A stretch of DNA of 64,000 nt from a bacterium (GCA_022828125.1 JAJEJD010000012.1:1309-65308); one strand, 5' to 3'. Positions 19,966 to 30,187 are shown, numbered from the stretch's first letter. Notes: generated from the letters alone by a model not told the origin. Translations and numbers: made by a program.

Positions 19966-20041
19966 AGTGCCCCCACTCGTTTGACACCTTTTTCGCGCCG
20001 CCTTAGGTTGTGGGCATCACCAATATCCAAGGGAACATCCG

Positions 20042-21322
20042 ATGAAGGTCATCATTGTCGGCGGGGGCGGTCGCGAGCACGCTCTGGCATGGAAGCTCAG
20101 CCAAAGCCCGGACGTGGAGGAAGTCGTCTGCGCGCCCGGCAACGCGGGCACCGCCCGGGTCGGGCGGAATGTATCCATTGGCGCTGAGGACATCGCGAGC
20201 CTCCTCTCGCTGGCGAAAGAAGAATCTCCGGGCCTGGTCGTCGTCGGCCCCGAAGCCCCCCTCGCCCTGGGGCTGGTGGATGAACTCGAAGCGCTCGGGG
20301 TTCCGGCCTTCGGCCCATCCGCCGAGGCCGCCCGCATCGAGGCGAGCAAGGCGTTCTCCAAGGCCCTGATGGACGAGGCGGGAATCCCCACCGCCGCCTA
20401 CGGCGTTTTCGAGGACGCCGGCGCAGCCAGGGATTTCGTCTCCGAGCGCGGCGGCGCGTGGGCGGTGAAGGCCGACGGCCTGGCCGCGGGCAAGGGCGTG
20501 CTTCTTTGCCCCGACGCGGCGAGCGCGCACGAGGCGATATCCCAAATCATGGAGGAAAGAGCCTTCGGCGATGCGGGCGCCGCTTGCGTGGTGGAGGAAT
20601 TCCTGGAAGGCGAGGAAGCGAGCTTTCTCGCCTTTGCGGACGGGGAAACCGCGCTCCCGATGGCCTCCGCGCAGGATCACAAGGCGGTCGGCGAGGGCGA
20701 CACCGGCCCCAACACGGGCGGCATGGGCGCGTATTCGCCTGCGCCCGTGCTCTCGGGCGCGCTCGAAGAGAAAGCCCTCGAAACTGTGGTCAAGCCCGCC
20801 ATCCGCGCCATGGCGAGGCGGGGCACCCCCTACCGGGGGATCCTCTACGCCGGCCTCATGGTGCAGGGCGATGATTTGAAGGTGCTGGAATTCAACTGCC
20901 GCTTCGGCGACCCCGAATGCCAGCCGCTGCTCACCCGCATGGAGGGGGACTTGCTGCCCGTCCTCATGGCGTGCGTCGAGGGGCGGCTGCATGAGACGAG
21001 CATCCGCTATTCGCAAGACGCCGCGGTCTGCGTCGTCATGGCGGCGGGCGGCTACCCGGACGCCTACCGAAGGGGCGACGCGATTCAGGGAATCGGGGAT
21101 GCCGACGCCCTCCCGGGCGTTCACGTCTTTCACGCCGGAACGAGCCTGAACGACGCAGGCGAGGTCGTCACCTCTGGTGGTCGCGTCCTGGGCGTCACCG
21201 CGCGCGGGCTGGACATCCGCGCCGCCATCGCGCGCGCCTATGAGGCGTGCGACCTGATTTACTGGGAAGACGTCTATTTCCGAAAAGACATCGGCGCCAA
21301 GGCTTTAAGGCGCCTGGGCTGA
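20042..21322 (+). CDS. purD: Phosphoribosylamine--glycine ligase
   Basis: 426 aa. MKVIIVGGGGREHALAWKL... is the canonical PurD N-terminus. ATP-grasp. Confidence 0.92.
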   Translation: MKVIIVGGGGREHALAWKLSQSPDVEEVVCAPGNAGTARVGRNVSIGAEDIASLLSLAKEESPGLVVVGPEAPLALGLVDELEALGVPAFGPSAEAARIEASKAFSKALMDEAGIPTAAYGVFEDAGAARDFVSERGGAWAVKADGLAAGKGVLLCPDAASAHEAISQIMEERAFGDAGAACVVEEFLEGEEASFLAFADGETALPMASAQDHKAVGEGDTGPNTGGMGAYSPAPVLSGALEEKALETVVKPAIRAMARRGTPYRGILYAGLMVQGDDLKVLEFNCRFGDPECQPLLTRMEGDLLPVLMACVEGRLHETSIRYSQDAAVCVVMAAGGYPDAYRRGDAIQGIGDADALPGVHVFHAGTSLNDAGEVVTSGGRVLGVTARGLDIRAAIARAYEACDLIYWEDVYFRKDIGAKALRRLG

Positions 21323-21344
21323 TTCGGCAGGCTCCCGGTTCCGC

Positions 21345-22451
21345 ATGCGCGCTCTCATCATCCTCATAGACGGCGGCGACCCCGCCTATTTCGAAGCCTC
21401 CCACACGCCGAACCTGGACAAAATCGCGAGCGAGGGCGCGCGCTACACCGTCTCGTGCCAGATGCCCTCGGTCACCAACGTGAACAACGTCTCGATGATC
21501 TGCGGCGCGCCCCCCGCCATGCACGGAATCACGGCCAACTACTTCCTGAACGCGGAGACGGGCGAGGAAGTCTATATGGAATCGGGGGATTTCGTCTTAG
21601 CGCCCACCCTCATGGAGACGGGCAGCGCGGCCGGGCGCGCGACCGCCGTCCTGGCCTCCAAGCAGAAACTCTGTGACATGATCGGCAAAGGGGCAGGCGC
21701 GGTCGTCACCGCGGAAGACCCGCCTGCGTGGCTCACCCGGAAAGCGGGTCCCAAAGAGGAGATATACAGCGGGGCCGTGAACCTATGGCTCTTGCGGGCG
21801 GCGCGGGCGGTACTGGAAGAGGAAAAACCCGATCTTCTCTACGTCACCACCACGGACTACCTGCAGCACAAATACGCGCCTGAGCACGCAGAAGCGCAAG
21901 CGCACCACGCTGCGCTCGATGCGGAAGTCGGAAGGCTCGTCGACAGCTGGTTGCGTATTCACAAGAATGGAACTGTCTTCATCACCGCCGACCACGGGAT
22001 GCTTGATAAAACACGAGCGCTGGACCCGGGCGTCATCCTGCGAAGCGAAGGTATAGACGCGGATGCCGTGCCCATCATCAAGGACCGCTACGTCGTCCAC
22101 CACGGAAACCAGGGCGGCGCGGCCTACGTTCACCTGGAAAACGGGGAGACTCTGAGTGAAGCCGTCGCCATCCTGAAAGCGCACTCCGGGATAGACGATG
22201 CGCTTTCGCGTCAGGAGGCGGCTGCGCGCTTCCAGCTGATGGCCGAGCGGGTGGGCGACATCATGGTGTTGGCGGATTCCGAGACCGTGTTCGGCGTGAT
22301 GGAAGATGCCGAGCGCGAAGTTTCACTCAGAAGCCACGGCTCTGTGCACGAAAGCATCGTTCCGCTATGGGCCCTGAACGCGCCTGATTTCAAGCCTTCT
22401 GATACGCCCCGCCATTTCGAGTGCGTCCGCTACGTGATGGACAATTTGTAA
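21345..22451 (+). CDS. Alkaline phosphatase superfamily protein (type I phosphodiesterase/nucleotide pyrophosphatase-like)
   Basis: 368 aa. N-terminal LIILIDGGDPAYF metal-site motif. ITADHGM motif typical of the PF01663 family. Confidence 0.55.
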   Translation: MRALIILIDGGDPAYFEASHTPNLDKIASEGARYTVSCQMPSVTNVNNVSMICGAPPAMHGITANYFLNAETGEEVYMESGDFVLAPTLMETGSAAGRATAVLASKQKLCDMIGKGAGAVVTAEDPPAWLTRKAGPKEEIYSGAVNLWLLRAARAVLEEEKPDLLYVTTTDYLQHKYAPEHAEAQAHHAALDAEVGRLVDSWLRIHKNGTVFITADHGMLDKTRALDPGVILRSEGIDADAVPIIKDRYVVHHGNQGGAAYVHLENGETLSEAVAILKAHSGIDDALSRQEAAARFQLMAERVGDIMVLADSETVFGVMEDAEREVSLRSHGSVHESIVPLWALNAPDFKPSDTPRHFECVRYVMDNL

Positions 22452-22549
22452 AAAGAAAACCGGACAGAAAATCCATTGCTCCGCAAATGCTGCGCCCAAA
22501 TGCGCTCCGAGCGATACGGCCCCGATCAAACGGCCTCCTGATTCCGCGA

Positions 22550-23566
22550 CTACCGCTGTTGCGCCGCGCGTTGTTCCACATAATCTTCCAATGAGAAAGG
22601 CGCGCCCGGTTTCTCCGGTGCGGTGGTCTCAATACCGGGGAAATTTGACGTCTCTTCGAACCAGGAGCGCTGCGCGGGCAGGCCCCATCCTCCCCTGTTA
22701 ATACCCGAAACGTCCCATTCCACCGGCTCTATTTCCATGTCCAGCATCTGATGCGGCGCATCGAGAAGTATTTCGCCCCGGTGGCCGTCGGGGTCCCGGA
22801 GGTAGACGTACTGGACGTGCCCCATCGTGTGCCGGCCCGGTCCACGCTCCACGGCGTCGCCGTAACCCATTTGCCCGGCGATATCGCAGGCGCGCATCAT
22901 GTTCTGAAACGAGCGCGTGACGTAAGCGAAGTGGTGCATGCGCGGCCCCCGGCCGGTCAGAAAGACGATATCCCAGGGAATGTCCTTGCGGTAGGAGAAT
23001 ATCCCCAGCACGTTCTTAGACCCCGGCGCCGTCATATAGTCGCTGATCCGAAACCCGAGCCTGTTGTAAAGGTCGAACGCGCTCAGGACGTCGGCGGCGT
23101 GGAGTTGCATGTGATCGAAGCGCAACCCGCAGGCCCCCTTGTGCGCGTTGTGAGCGGAATCGGCGCGATCGACGCGATCCATGCGGGCGCAGAATTCGAG
23201 CGGCACCCCGCCAGGGTCGGAAACCCGGAGCGTCCGGCCCTGAAATGGCGCGTCGACCCAGCGCGGGGCGAGGTTCTCCGCAATGAAGAATCGCTCCGCC
23301 TTTTCGAGTTCCTCCTCCGTCAGGACGCGAAAACCGACGACCTCGCAAAGCGGTTCGGTATCGGCGCGCTTGATAACGAGGCTGTGATGGCACGCCTCCT
23401 CGATACCACGAAGGTAGACGACGTCGCCCTCCTCCTCCGTCACCACCAGGCCGTACACTTCCGTATAGAAATCGCGGCTGCGCACGGTGTCGCGGCTGGT
23501 GATTACGGTGTGGCTGATGCGAGTGACGTTGAACGGCGGGTAGAACACCGGAGAGGGAATCGACAT
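22550..23566 (-). CDS. VOC-family extradiol ring-cleavage dioxygenase (catechol 2,3-dioxygenase-like, two-domain)
   Basis: Two glyoxalase/VOC modules with His/Glu metal ligands. Start placed at the internal ATG (MSIPSPVF...), which has an AAGGAG RBS 6 nt upstream. The ORF itself extends to 23608. Confidence 0.6.
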   Translation of the reverse strand: MSIPSPVFYPPFNVTRISHTVITSRDTVRSRDFYTEVYGLVVTEEEGDVVYLRGIEEACHHSLVIKRADTEPLCEVVGFRVLTEEELEKAERFFIAENLAPRWVDAPFQGRTLRVSDPGGVPLEFCARMDRVDRADSAHNAHKGACGLRFDHMQLHAADVLSAFDLYNRLGFRISDYMTAPGSKNVLGIFSYRKDIPWDIVFLTGRGPRMHHFAYVTRSFQNMMRACDIAGQMGYGDAVERGPGRHTMGHVQYVYLRDPDGHRGEILLDAPHQMLDMEIEPVEWDVSGINRGGWGLPAQRSWFEETSNFPGIETTAPEKPGAPFSLEDYVEQRAAQQR

Positions 23567-23588
23567 ATCTTGCTCCTTTCCATCGAGG

Positions 23589-24248
23589 TCACACGGCGCC
23601 GGGGTCACCCACGAATTGCGTTATCGGGGCGACGACGCGGCCATCTGTTATCGGCATGCAATCCGGCGAAATTTCCTGTGTGAACTCGATGCCGCGGTCG
23701 CGCGCCTCATCGATGAAGCGTCCGAGATGCCGCATGGCGCCGGTGGGAGTGTCGTGGAGGACTGTGACGGTCCACTCCTGGGCTTCGCAGTGTTTGAGCG
23801 CCGTCTCCACCCAGTCGTCCGGCTGCTCCCAGTCGCGCGGGATGCTGTTCCACAAAACCATGGTGAAACCATCTTCCAGGAGTATGTCCCGCGCTTTCGG
23901 GCTGAGGAGATGATCGCCCAACTGGCCGCCATCCCCTTTGGGGCGAAACATGCGGCGGTTCGAGCCGAGACTATCGATCAGCGCCTGCGTCCCGCGAATT
24001 TCGCGCTCGACGACCTCATCCGACGGCTGACGGCCAAACGGCGTCGAATGCGACCAGGTGTGGTTCCCGATCCAGTGTCCGGCCGCCGACACGCTTTCCG
24101 CAAGCGGGCGGCCATCGGGCAGCGCCAGCCTCTCGCCGAGCATGAAGAAGGTGGCCGGAACTTCTTTCTCCTCCAGCACGCGGAGAACCTGCGGGGTGAC
24201 TTCGGCGAAGGGGCCGTTGTCGAAGGTGAGAGTCAGAGATTTTGTCAT
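23589..24248 (-). CDS. Polysaccharide deacetylase (NodB homology domain) family protein
   Basis: 219 aa. LTFDNGP...TFFMLG...GNHTWSH motifs of carbohydrate esterase family 4. Confidence 0.7.
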   Translation of the reverse strand: MTKSLTLTFDNGPFAEVTPQVLRVLEEKEVPATFFMLGERLALPDGRPLAESVSAAGHWIGNHTWSHSTPFGRQPSDEVVEREIRGTQALIDSLGSNRRMFRPKGDGGQLGDHLLSPKARDILLEDGFTMVLWNSIPRDWEQPDDWVETALKHCEAQEWTVTVLHDTPTGAMRHLGRFIDEARDRGIEFTQEISPDCMPITDGRVVAPITQFVGDPGAV

Positions 24249-24251
24249 GGC

Positions 24252-24797
24252 TCAGAACGGCGCCGAAACGCCGGATGGGAGGTCGTGCTCGGCCGCGTTG
24301 AGAATCGCAGCGCCGACGATGTAATGCCCGATGATACCCGAAACCTCGATGACGCCGGGAACGCCGAATTTTTCCCGCACCGCATCGAACTGCGCGTCAG
24401 ATACGCGGCGCTTCTCGATCAGGGTCTTCACATAATCGTAAACGGCTGCTTCGGCGTCGTCTTCAAAATGCGGGTCGCTTCCGGCGCGAATCGCCTCGAT
24501 AACGTCGCCGCTCAAGCCGTTTTTCCGCGCAATCGGCTCGTGCACCAGCCATTCGTGGTAGCAGCGCCAGTCGCGGGCGACGATCAGGATAATCATCTCC
24601 CGGATGTTGCCGGGCAGCGTCGCTTTGAAGCGGAGGTATTCGCCGACTTCCTGAACGCGATCCGCATAATCGGGCTGATGGAGCCACAGCGCCATGAGTC
24701 CCCCGGCATGACCGCGTCCGCCCGCGATCATCCGATCCGCCACTTCCCGCTGGCGGGCGGTCATCTCTTTTTCATCGACACCGTAAAAGCGAGCCAT
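24252..24797 (-). CDS. Carboxymuconolactone decarboxylase (AhpD-like) family protein
   Basis: 181 aa. CMD-family pattern by overall similarity. 3-bp gap before the deacetylase gene. Confidence 0.6.
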   Translation of the reverse strand: MARFYGVDEKEMTARQREVADRMIAGGRGHAGGLMALWLHQPDYADRVQEVGEYLRFKATLPGNIREMIILIVARDWRCYHEWLVHEPIARKNGLSGDVIEAIRAGSDPHFEDDAEAAVYDYVKTLIEKRRVSDAQFDAVREKFGVPGVIEVSGIIGHYIVGAAILNAAEHDLPSGVSAPF

Positions 24798-24886
24798 GAA
24801 CCCTCCTCCCCGAATTCCGGCAAGAATGGAATCATCATGGAAACCTGCAGCCTTAGTTTACTGGAAGTTTCACGAACCGCCCATCA

Positions 24887-25270
24887 TCACGGATTGCGCT
24901 TCACCCACGGGAATTTCTCGTCGATCCCCGGCCAGATCTCGCGGATGGCGAAAAAGCATATCGCTACCCAGATGGCGAGGCCCACGTCGAAGCCCTCGAG
25001 TACCCGCACCATCCAGATGAAATCGAACACGCCCAGCACCAGCACCGAGAGGTAACAGCTCCACGCGATCCCCCGCAGTGTCGCCAAGCCAAAGGCGCAC
25101 AAGGCCGCCCCTGCCCCCAGCGTCGCCCAGCCGTAGCCCACCCTGCCCGGCTGGTCCATATACATCGCAGACACGGTGAAGACGATGAGCAACGCGCCGA
25201 CCAGCAGCGTGGTCCTGGCCGCGCGATTCGCGTCGAACACTCTTTCTTCACTTACGGGGGGTTCGTTCAT
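24887..25270 (-). CDS. Small integral membrane protein (3-4 predicted TM helices)
   Basis: Start taken at the internal ATG (MNEPPVSEE...). Hydrophobic segments LLVGALLIVFTV, GWATLGAGAALCAFGLATL, LSVLVLGVFDFIWMV, LAIWVAICFFAI. The upstream part of the ORF is GC-noise-like. Confidence 0.4.
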   Translation of the reverse strand: MNEPPVSEERVFDANRAARTTLLVGALLIVFTVSAMYMDQPGRVGYGWATLGAGAALCAFGLATLRGIAWSCYLSVLVLGVFDFIWMVRVLEGFDVGLAIWVAICFFAIREIWPGIDEKFPWVKRNP

Positions 25271-25400
25271 CTTCTCTCGCTTTCCCTTCGGACGCCGGCC
25301 CCGTGAGGGTACGCCATCCGCTCCTCGTTGCCTAGCCACTCGCCCGTGTGGTGTAATCGCGTGGCTGAAATCCCATTCATTTATTTGAGGAGGACGCCCC

Positions 25401-26441
25401 TTGAAGGCGATGGTGCTGAGAGAACCGGGAAAACCCTTTGTCGAGGAAGAATATCCGGACCCCGTGGCGGGGCCTGGGGAGGCGGTCGCGAAGGTACTGG
25501 CGTGCGGCGCCGGGCTGACCATCCACCACGCCCGCATGGGCCGCGTGCCGGACGTGGACTACCCCCTCATCATCGGCCATGAGATCACCGCCATCATCAC
25601 CGCCGTGGGCGAGGGCGTGGAGGGTATTCAGGAGGGCGACGCGGTGACCGCGCACTTCTACGTCACGTGCGGGAGGTGCAAGTGGTGCCTCATCAACCGC
25701 GAGACGCTGTGCGAGAACTTCACGGGCTATATCGGCCGCCAGGTGCAGGGCGCCTATGCCGAATACATCAAGCTGCCCGCGCGGAACTTCATCAAAATCC
25801 CCGCCGGGCTGGATTACGAGAACAACGCGGCGGAGGTCTCCGTCATCTGCGACGCGATAGCCACCCCGTATAAGGTAACGAAGCGCGCGCGCATCGCGCC
25901 GCTCGAGAACGTGGCCGTCATCGGCGCGGGCGGCGGCGTGGGCATCCACATGGTGATGATGGCGAAGTGGGCGCACGCGAGGGTCATCGCCGTGGACGTT
26001 GCGGCGAACAAGCTGGGCAAGTGCCGCGACGTGGGCGCGGACGAGGCCGTCGACGCTTCCCAGGGAGACGTCACGGGGGCGCTCATGGACTTGACGGGGG
26101 GCAAGGGCGTGGACGTGGTGGTCGATTTCGTCTCCTCCGCCGCCACGATGGAGGCGGGCGTTCAGTCCCTGGGAATCGGCGGGCGTCTGGTGACGCTGGG
26201 CGGTACGGGGCAGCCGTTCCAGGCCGCGGCGCGCAATATGGTGACGAAAGAGCTCGAACTCCTGGGCAGCCGATACTGTTCGAAACAGGAACTCAAGGAA
26301 TCGCTCGACCTGGTGGCGCGGGGCGACGTCTGGCCCGTGGTGACGGAAACCTACTCGTTCAACGTCGAAGAGGTGGAAAAGGTCCACGAACGGCTGGAAG
26401 CAGCGGCCGTCACGGGCCGCGCCGTCATCGTGATGGAGTAG
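25401..26441 (+). CDS. Zinc-dependent alcohol dehydrogenase (MDR superfamily)
   Basis: 346 aa. GHEITAIITAVGEGV catalytic zinc motif. Structural zinc Cys cluster CGRCKWC. Rossmann motif VIGAGGGVG. Confidence 0.8.
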   Translation: MKAMVLREPGKPFVEEEYPDPVAGPGEAVAKVLACGAGLTIHHARMGRVPDVDYPLIIGHEITAIITAVGEGVEGIQEGDAVTAHFYVTCGRCKWCLINRETLCENFTGYIGRQVQGAYAEYIKLPARNFIKIPAGLDYENNAAEVSVICDAIATPYKVTKRARIAPLENVAVIGAGGGVGIHMVMMAKWAHARVIAVDVAANKLGKCRDVGADEAVDASQGDVTGALMDLTGGKGVDVVVDFVSSAATMEAGVQSLGIGGRLVTLGGTGQPFQAAARNMVTKELELLGSRYCSKQELKESLDLVARGDVWPVVTETYSFNVEEVEKVHERLEAAAVTGRAVIVME

Positions 26442-26462
26442 GCTTTTTTAAGCGTCGGTTGG

Positions 26463-27212
26463 CTAGTTGGCGATCTTCCACTGCCCGTCGGGCTGCCTGC
26501 AGGCCGTGCCGTAGGCGTTTTGCTTTTTGCCGTCGATGACGATCGTCTGCTGGAACTCCCGGCAGTACTGGTCGAGTTCGTTCTTGAAGGCCGGCCTGGG
26601 AACGACGACGCCGCACACCCGCCTGTCGGGGTTGTCCCAAACGGTGCGCGTGCCGGAGCGCTGGTTCTCGAGCGCGTACTGCGTGGCGCTCGCGAGCCTG
26701 AGCCGCTCGGCCTCGTCCAGGTCGCGCCCGATCTGCCCTCCCACGACGCTGCCGAGAAGCACGCCCGCGAAGGTGGCCAGTCCACGGCCACTTCCCTTGC
26801 CGAGTTGATGGCCGATGACGCCGCCGCCGATCGCGCCGATCACCGAGCCGAGAACCTCGTTGTCGTTGTTCGCGTAATAGACCGCGCAATCATCACCCGT
26901 CGAACGATAGACGTAGCGCTCACGCGGGGAGGACCGATAGATGACGCGCGGGCCGGTCCAGACCGGATAGCCGTACCAGACCGGAGCGACGACGCTGGGG
27001 CCGACCCAAAAGTTATGGCGAATGACGACGCGGGGACGACGATGATGACGCCATTTGCGATGCTGACGCGCTCTGTGGCGCTGGTGCGATTTGTATTTAT
27101 GATGCCGCTTGATTCCGCCGCGCCGGCCTTCGCGCCTGTCCGCTTCCGCAACGCCTGCCAGAAAAACGACCGCCAAAACGCTCAACGCGATGATGACCCC
27201 ATAGCGCTTCAT
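26463..27212 (-). CDS. Secreted/outer-membrane glycine-zipper (17-kDa surface antigen family) protein with a His/Arg-rich N-terminal low-complexity region
   Basis: Signal peptide MKRYGVIIALSVLAVVFLAGVAEA. Glycine zipper GSVIGAIGGGVIGHQLG...GVLLGSVVGGQIG. C-terminal conserved Cys pair. Basic His-rich stretch HHKYKSHQRHRARQHRKWRHHRRPR. Confidence 0.5.
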   Translation of the reverse strand: MKRYGVIIALSVLAVVFLAGVAEADRREGRRGGIKRHHKYKSHQRHRARQHRKWRHHRRPRVVIRHNFWVGPSVVAPVWYGYPVWTGPRVIYRSSPRERYVYRSTGDDCAVYYANNDNEVLGSVIGAIGGGVIGHQLGKGSGRGLATFAGVLLGSVVGGQIGRDLDEAERLRLASATQYALENQRSGTRTVWDNPDRRVCGVVVPRPAFKNELDQYCREFQQTIVIDGKKQNAYGTACRQPDGQWKIAN

Positions 27213-27531
27213 CTGTCCGTCTCCCCTGTAACTTTACCCGTTTGCCGGGAAAAGACGTGAACCAGCGACCTGCCTATTATACTATTCGACGCCGCAGGGT
27301 TCCATCTCATATAACTTATTGATATTTATAAATTTATCTATTTCAAATGCAAAGCGGTTTTTATGCCTAAGCCAAGGGAATACTCATCCGTCCTCTTGAA
27401 AAAATGCGCCCCGCGCGCTCTCATACTTCATCCCAGCCAAGAGAACCCCCGCGAACTTTGAAGATTTCCGCCCTCGCCTGTAGAATCGCCTCCCGCGGAA
27501 TCACACAACTATTCGGGAGGTTTCAGGTTTC

Positions 27532-27987
27532 ATGAGCGAAGGCGTCGCGTTCGAAAAATGGAAAATCGGGAGCAAGTTCACCACCCGGGGCAGGACCATC
27601 ACCGAGACCGACGTGGTGAACTACGTGAACCTCGTGGGCTATACGGAAAGCCTGTTCCTCGACATGGAGTTCTTGCGGGAAAAGGGCCATGAAAGGCGCA
27701 TGGCGCCCGCCCTTTTCACATGCGGCATCGCGGACACGCTCATTGTCCAGACGGGCGTTTTGCATGATTACGCCATCGCGCTCCTGGGCGTGGACGGCCT
27801 CGTGGCGCGCGCGCCGGTCTACGTGGGCGATACGCTCACGGTCGAAGTCGAGACGACCGACGTGCGCGCATCAAAAAGCAGGCCCGATCGCGGCGTCGTC
27901 GCAACGCACCAGAAGGTGCTCAACCAGAACGGCGAGGTGGTGCTCGAATACGACGTGAAGCGCATGCTGCTCAGAAGCGACGCGTAA
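27532..27987 (+). CDS. MaoC-family (R)-specific enoyl-CoA hydratase/dehydratase (single hotdog)
   Basis: 151 aa. Hotdog fold pattern, MaoC-like. Confidence 0.65.
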   Translation: MSEGVAFEKWKIGSKFTTRGRTITETDVVNYVNLVGYTESLFLDMEFLREKGHERRMAPALFTCGIADTLIVQTGVLHDYAIALLGVDGLVARAPVYVGDTLTVEVETTDVRASKSRPDRGVVATHQKVLNQNGEVVLEYDVKRMLLRSDA

Positions 27988-27997
27988 GAAAAGCTCC

Positions 27998-28975
27998 CTA
28001 CAGCCCGAAAAACTCCCTCGCCGTGCCGCTCCAGATTCGTTCCGCGTCATCCGCGGAAATATCGAGCGCGTCCATCATGTCGGCGTGGCGCTTCACGGGC
28101 ACCCAGGGGGCGTCGCTCGCGAACATCATGCGTGACGCGCCCATCTCCTGTAAGGAGAACTCGAGCGCCGTCTGGGAATGGACCACCGTATCCGTGTGGA
28201 AGCGCGCGAAGTATTCGCTCGGGTCGCGTGTGATGAGGTCCTGATCGTCGCGGTAGCGCGAACTCAGATTGTCCACCCGCCCGATGAACAGTGGAAGCGA
28301 CGCGCCCCCGTGCGGCAGGAGCACCTTGAGATTCGGGTGGCGCTCCAGCACGCCGCTCAGGATGAGCCGCAGCGCCGCCAGACACTCATCGAACATGAAG
28401 CCTATCATCGGACCCAGCCAGTGATCCTCATAATGCGGCCCCGAGGGAGAAGGCCCCGGATGCAGCACGAGCGGAACCCCGCGCTCGGCCAGAAGCCCCC
28501 AGAGAGGCTCGTGGGCCGCGTCGTCGATGTAGCGTTCACCGCCGATGTAGGCGAACACCTGAAGGCCCACGAAATCGAGTTCGTCCACGCAGCGCTCCAG
28601 TTCGCGGCAGGTCGCGTCCATCTCACCGAAGCCGAGCGAGGCCACCCCGCGGAAGCGTCCGGGGTGAAGCGCCGCCGCCTCGGCGAGGCCGTCGTTTCCG
28701 ATTCGCGCGAGTTCGTCCGCATCTTTCGGGTTTTTGGCGAGGTCCGGGCCTGGAATGTTGATGCTGATTAGGGCAATATCGATTTCCTGCTCATCCATCT
28801 CGGCGAGCTTGATGTCGATGTCTAGGGCGGGAGAGCGCATCGGGAGTTTTTGTGTCGGGCTCGCCCACGCCCACCAGAAATCCTCCGCTCTTTCGTAGTG
28901 CGGGAAATCGGAACGGGCGGCGAGCGCCGTGACGTAGGCTTGTGGTACATGATGGGTCTGAACGTCGATGCGCAT
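27998..28975 (-). CDS. Amidohydrolase-2 family (ACMSD-like) metal-dependent hydrolase/decarboxylase
   Basis: 325 aa. N-terminal IDVQTHHVP. Internal LVLHPG...LLPHGG. C-terminal MFASDAPW. All TIM-barrel amidohydrolase_2 hallmarks. Confidence 0.7.
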   Translation of the reverse strand: MRIDVQTHHVPQAYVTALAARSDFPHYERAEDFWWAWASPTQKLPMRSPALDIDIKLAEMDEQEIDIALISINIPGPDLAKNPKDADELARIGNDGLAEAAALHPGRFRGVASLGFGEMDATCRELERCVDELDFVGLQVFAYIGGERYIDDAAHEPLWGLLAERGVPLVLHPGPSPSGPHYEDHWLGPMIGFMFDECLAALRLILSGVLERHPNLKVLLPHGGASLPLFIGRVDNLSSRYRDDQDLITRDPSEYFARFHTDTVVHSQTALEFSLQEMGASRMMFASDAPWVPVKRHADMMDALDISADDAERIWSGTAREFFGL

Positions 28976-29065
28976 GGAATTCTCCAGATATATGACGGGA
29001 ACCTTGATATTGGACAGAGGGGATTATTCCCCCAGAATGAACCGGATGCAAATTAAAGTGAGGAG

Positions 29066-30130
29066 ATGATTGTGAAAACGACAGGTGTAGCCGTCATCGG
29101 CGCGGGCGGCATCGGAACGCTGAGAGCGCATTCTTGCGCGCAAATCCCCCAGGTGGACTACCTCGCCGTGTGCGACATCGTGCCCGAGAAGCTCGATCGC
29201 CTCGCGGAGTCGGTGCGGGCCGACGTGGCGACGGAGAAATACGAGGTGGCGATACGGGACGAGCGGGTGGGCGCCGTCATCGTCTCCTCCGACGAGGAGT
29301 TTCACCACGGCCCGGCGGCCCTGGCGGCCGAACTCGGAAAGCCCGTGCTCATCGAGAAACCCTTCGTCCTCGACCTCGACGAGGCGGACGACATTCTCAC
29401 GAAAGCGGATGAGTCGGGTGCGGAGATTTTCGTGGGCTACACCCAGCGCTACAGGAGGCGCTTTCTGCTTGCGAAACAGGCGGCCTTCGCCGGACAACTC
29501 GGCGACATCGTGATGGCGCTCGGCAAGATCTACGTCACGCGCGCCGTGGGCGAGGCGGTGGCGAAGCGCTCGCCCAACACCACGCCCTCCATCAACACCC
29601 TCACCTACATGGTCGACCTCATCCTCTGGTACATGGAGGGAAAAAAGCCTGTCGAGGTCTACGCCCGCGCGGCGAGCTTCGTGTTCAAGAAATACAACCG
29701 CGACGATTTCCAGTGGATGATCGTCACCTTCGACGACGGGAGCGTGGCCACGCTCGGCACGAGCTGGCTCCCGCCCCACCACTGGCCCGCCTATACGGCG
29801 ACGATGGAGATCGACCTGCAAGGCACGAAAGGCTCACTGAACGTGGACGACGCGCACCGCGACGTCATCCTCGCGCCCGAGGATCCGATTCCCTGCCCCT
29901 ACACGCCCGAACACCAGGTGAACGTGGCTTTCCTGGGTTCCGCCATGCCGGGGGATTTCGTGATGGGCGAGTTCTTCGGCCCCATGAAGGAGGAAACCGA
30001 CGCCTTCGTGCGCCACATCCTGGGAATCGGCGGGGTGGGACTCGCCACGGGCGCGCACGCCAGAGAGGTGCTCGCCCTCACCATGGCGGCGGATCGTTCG
30101 TGTAAGGAGGGCCAGCCCGTCACGCTTTAG
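29066..30130 (+). CDS. Gfo/Idh/MocA family NAD(P)-dependent oxidoreductase
   Basis: 354 aa. N-terminal Rossmann VAVIGAGGIG. EKP motif (LIEKPF). GFOR-family C-terminal domain. Confidence 0.8.
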   Translation: MIVKTTGVAVIGAGGIGTLRAHSCAQIPQVDYLAVCDIVPEKLDRLAESVRADVATEKYEVAIRDERVGAVIVSSDEEFHHGPAALAAELGKPVLIEKPFVLDLDEADDILTKADESGAEIFVGYTQRYRRRFLLAKQAAFAGQLGDIVMALGKIYVTRAVGEAVAKRSPNTTPSINTLTYMVDLILWYMEGKKPVEVYARAASFVFKKYNRDDFQWMIVTFDDGSVATLGTSWLPPHHWPAYTATMEIDLQGTKGSLNVDDAHRDVILAPEDPIPCPYTPEHQVNVAFLGSAMPGDFVMGEFFGPMKEETDAFVRHILGIGGVGLATGAHAREVLALTMAADRSCKEGQPVTL

Positions 30131-30187
30131 GGCCCGGGTGAATAACGAATAGGTTTCCTGGATAGGTAGATTGCGCTCGCATTCCCG

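Noticed and set aside
25377-26387. 336-aa minus-strand ORF
   Set aside because: Antisense to the zinc alcohol dehydrogenase gene. No motifs.
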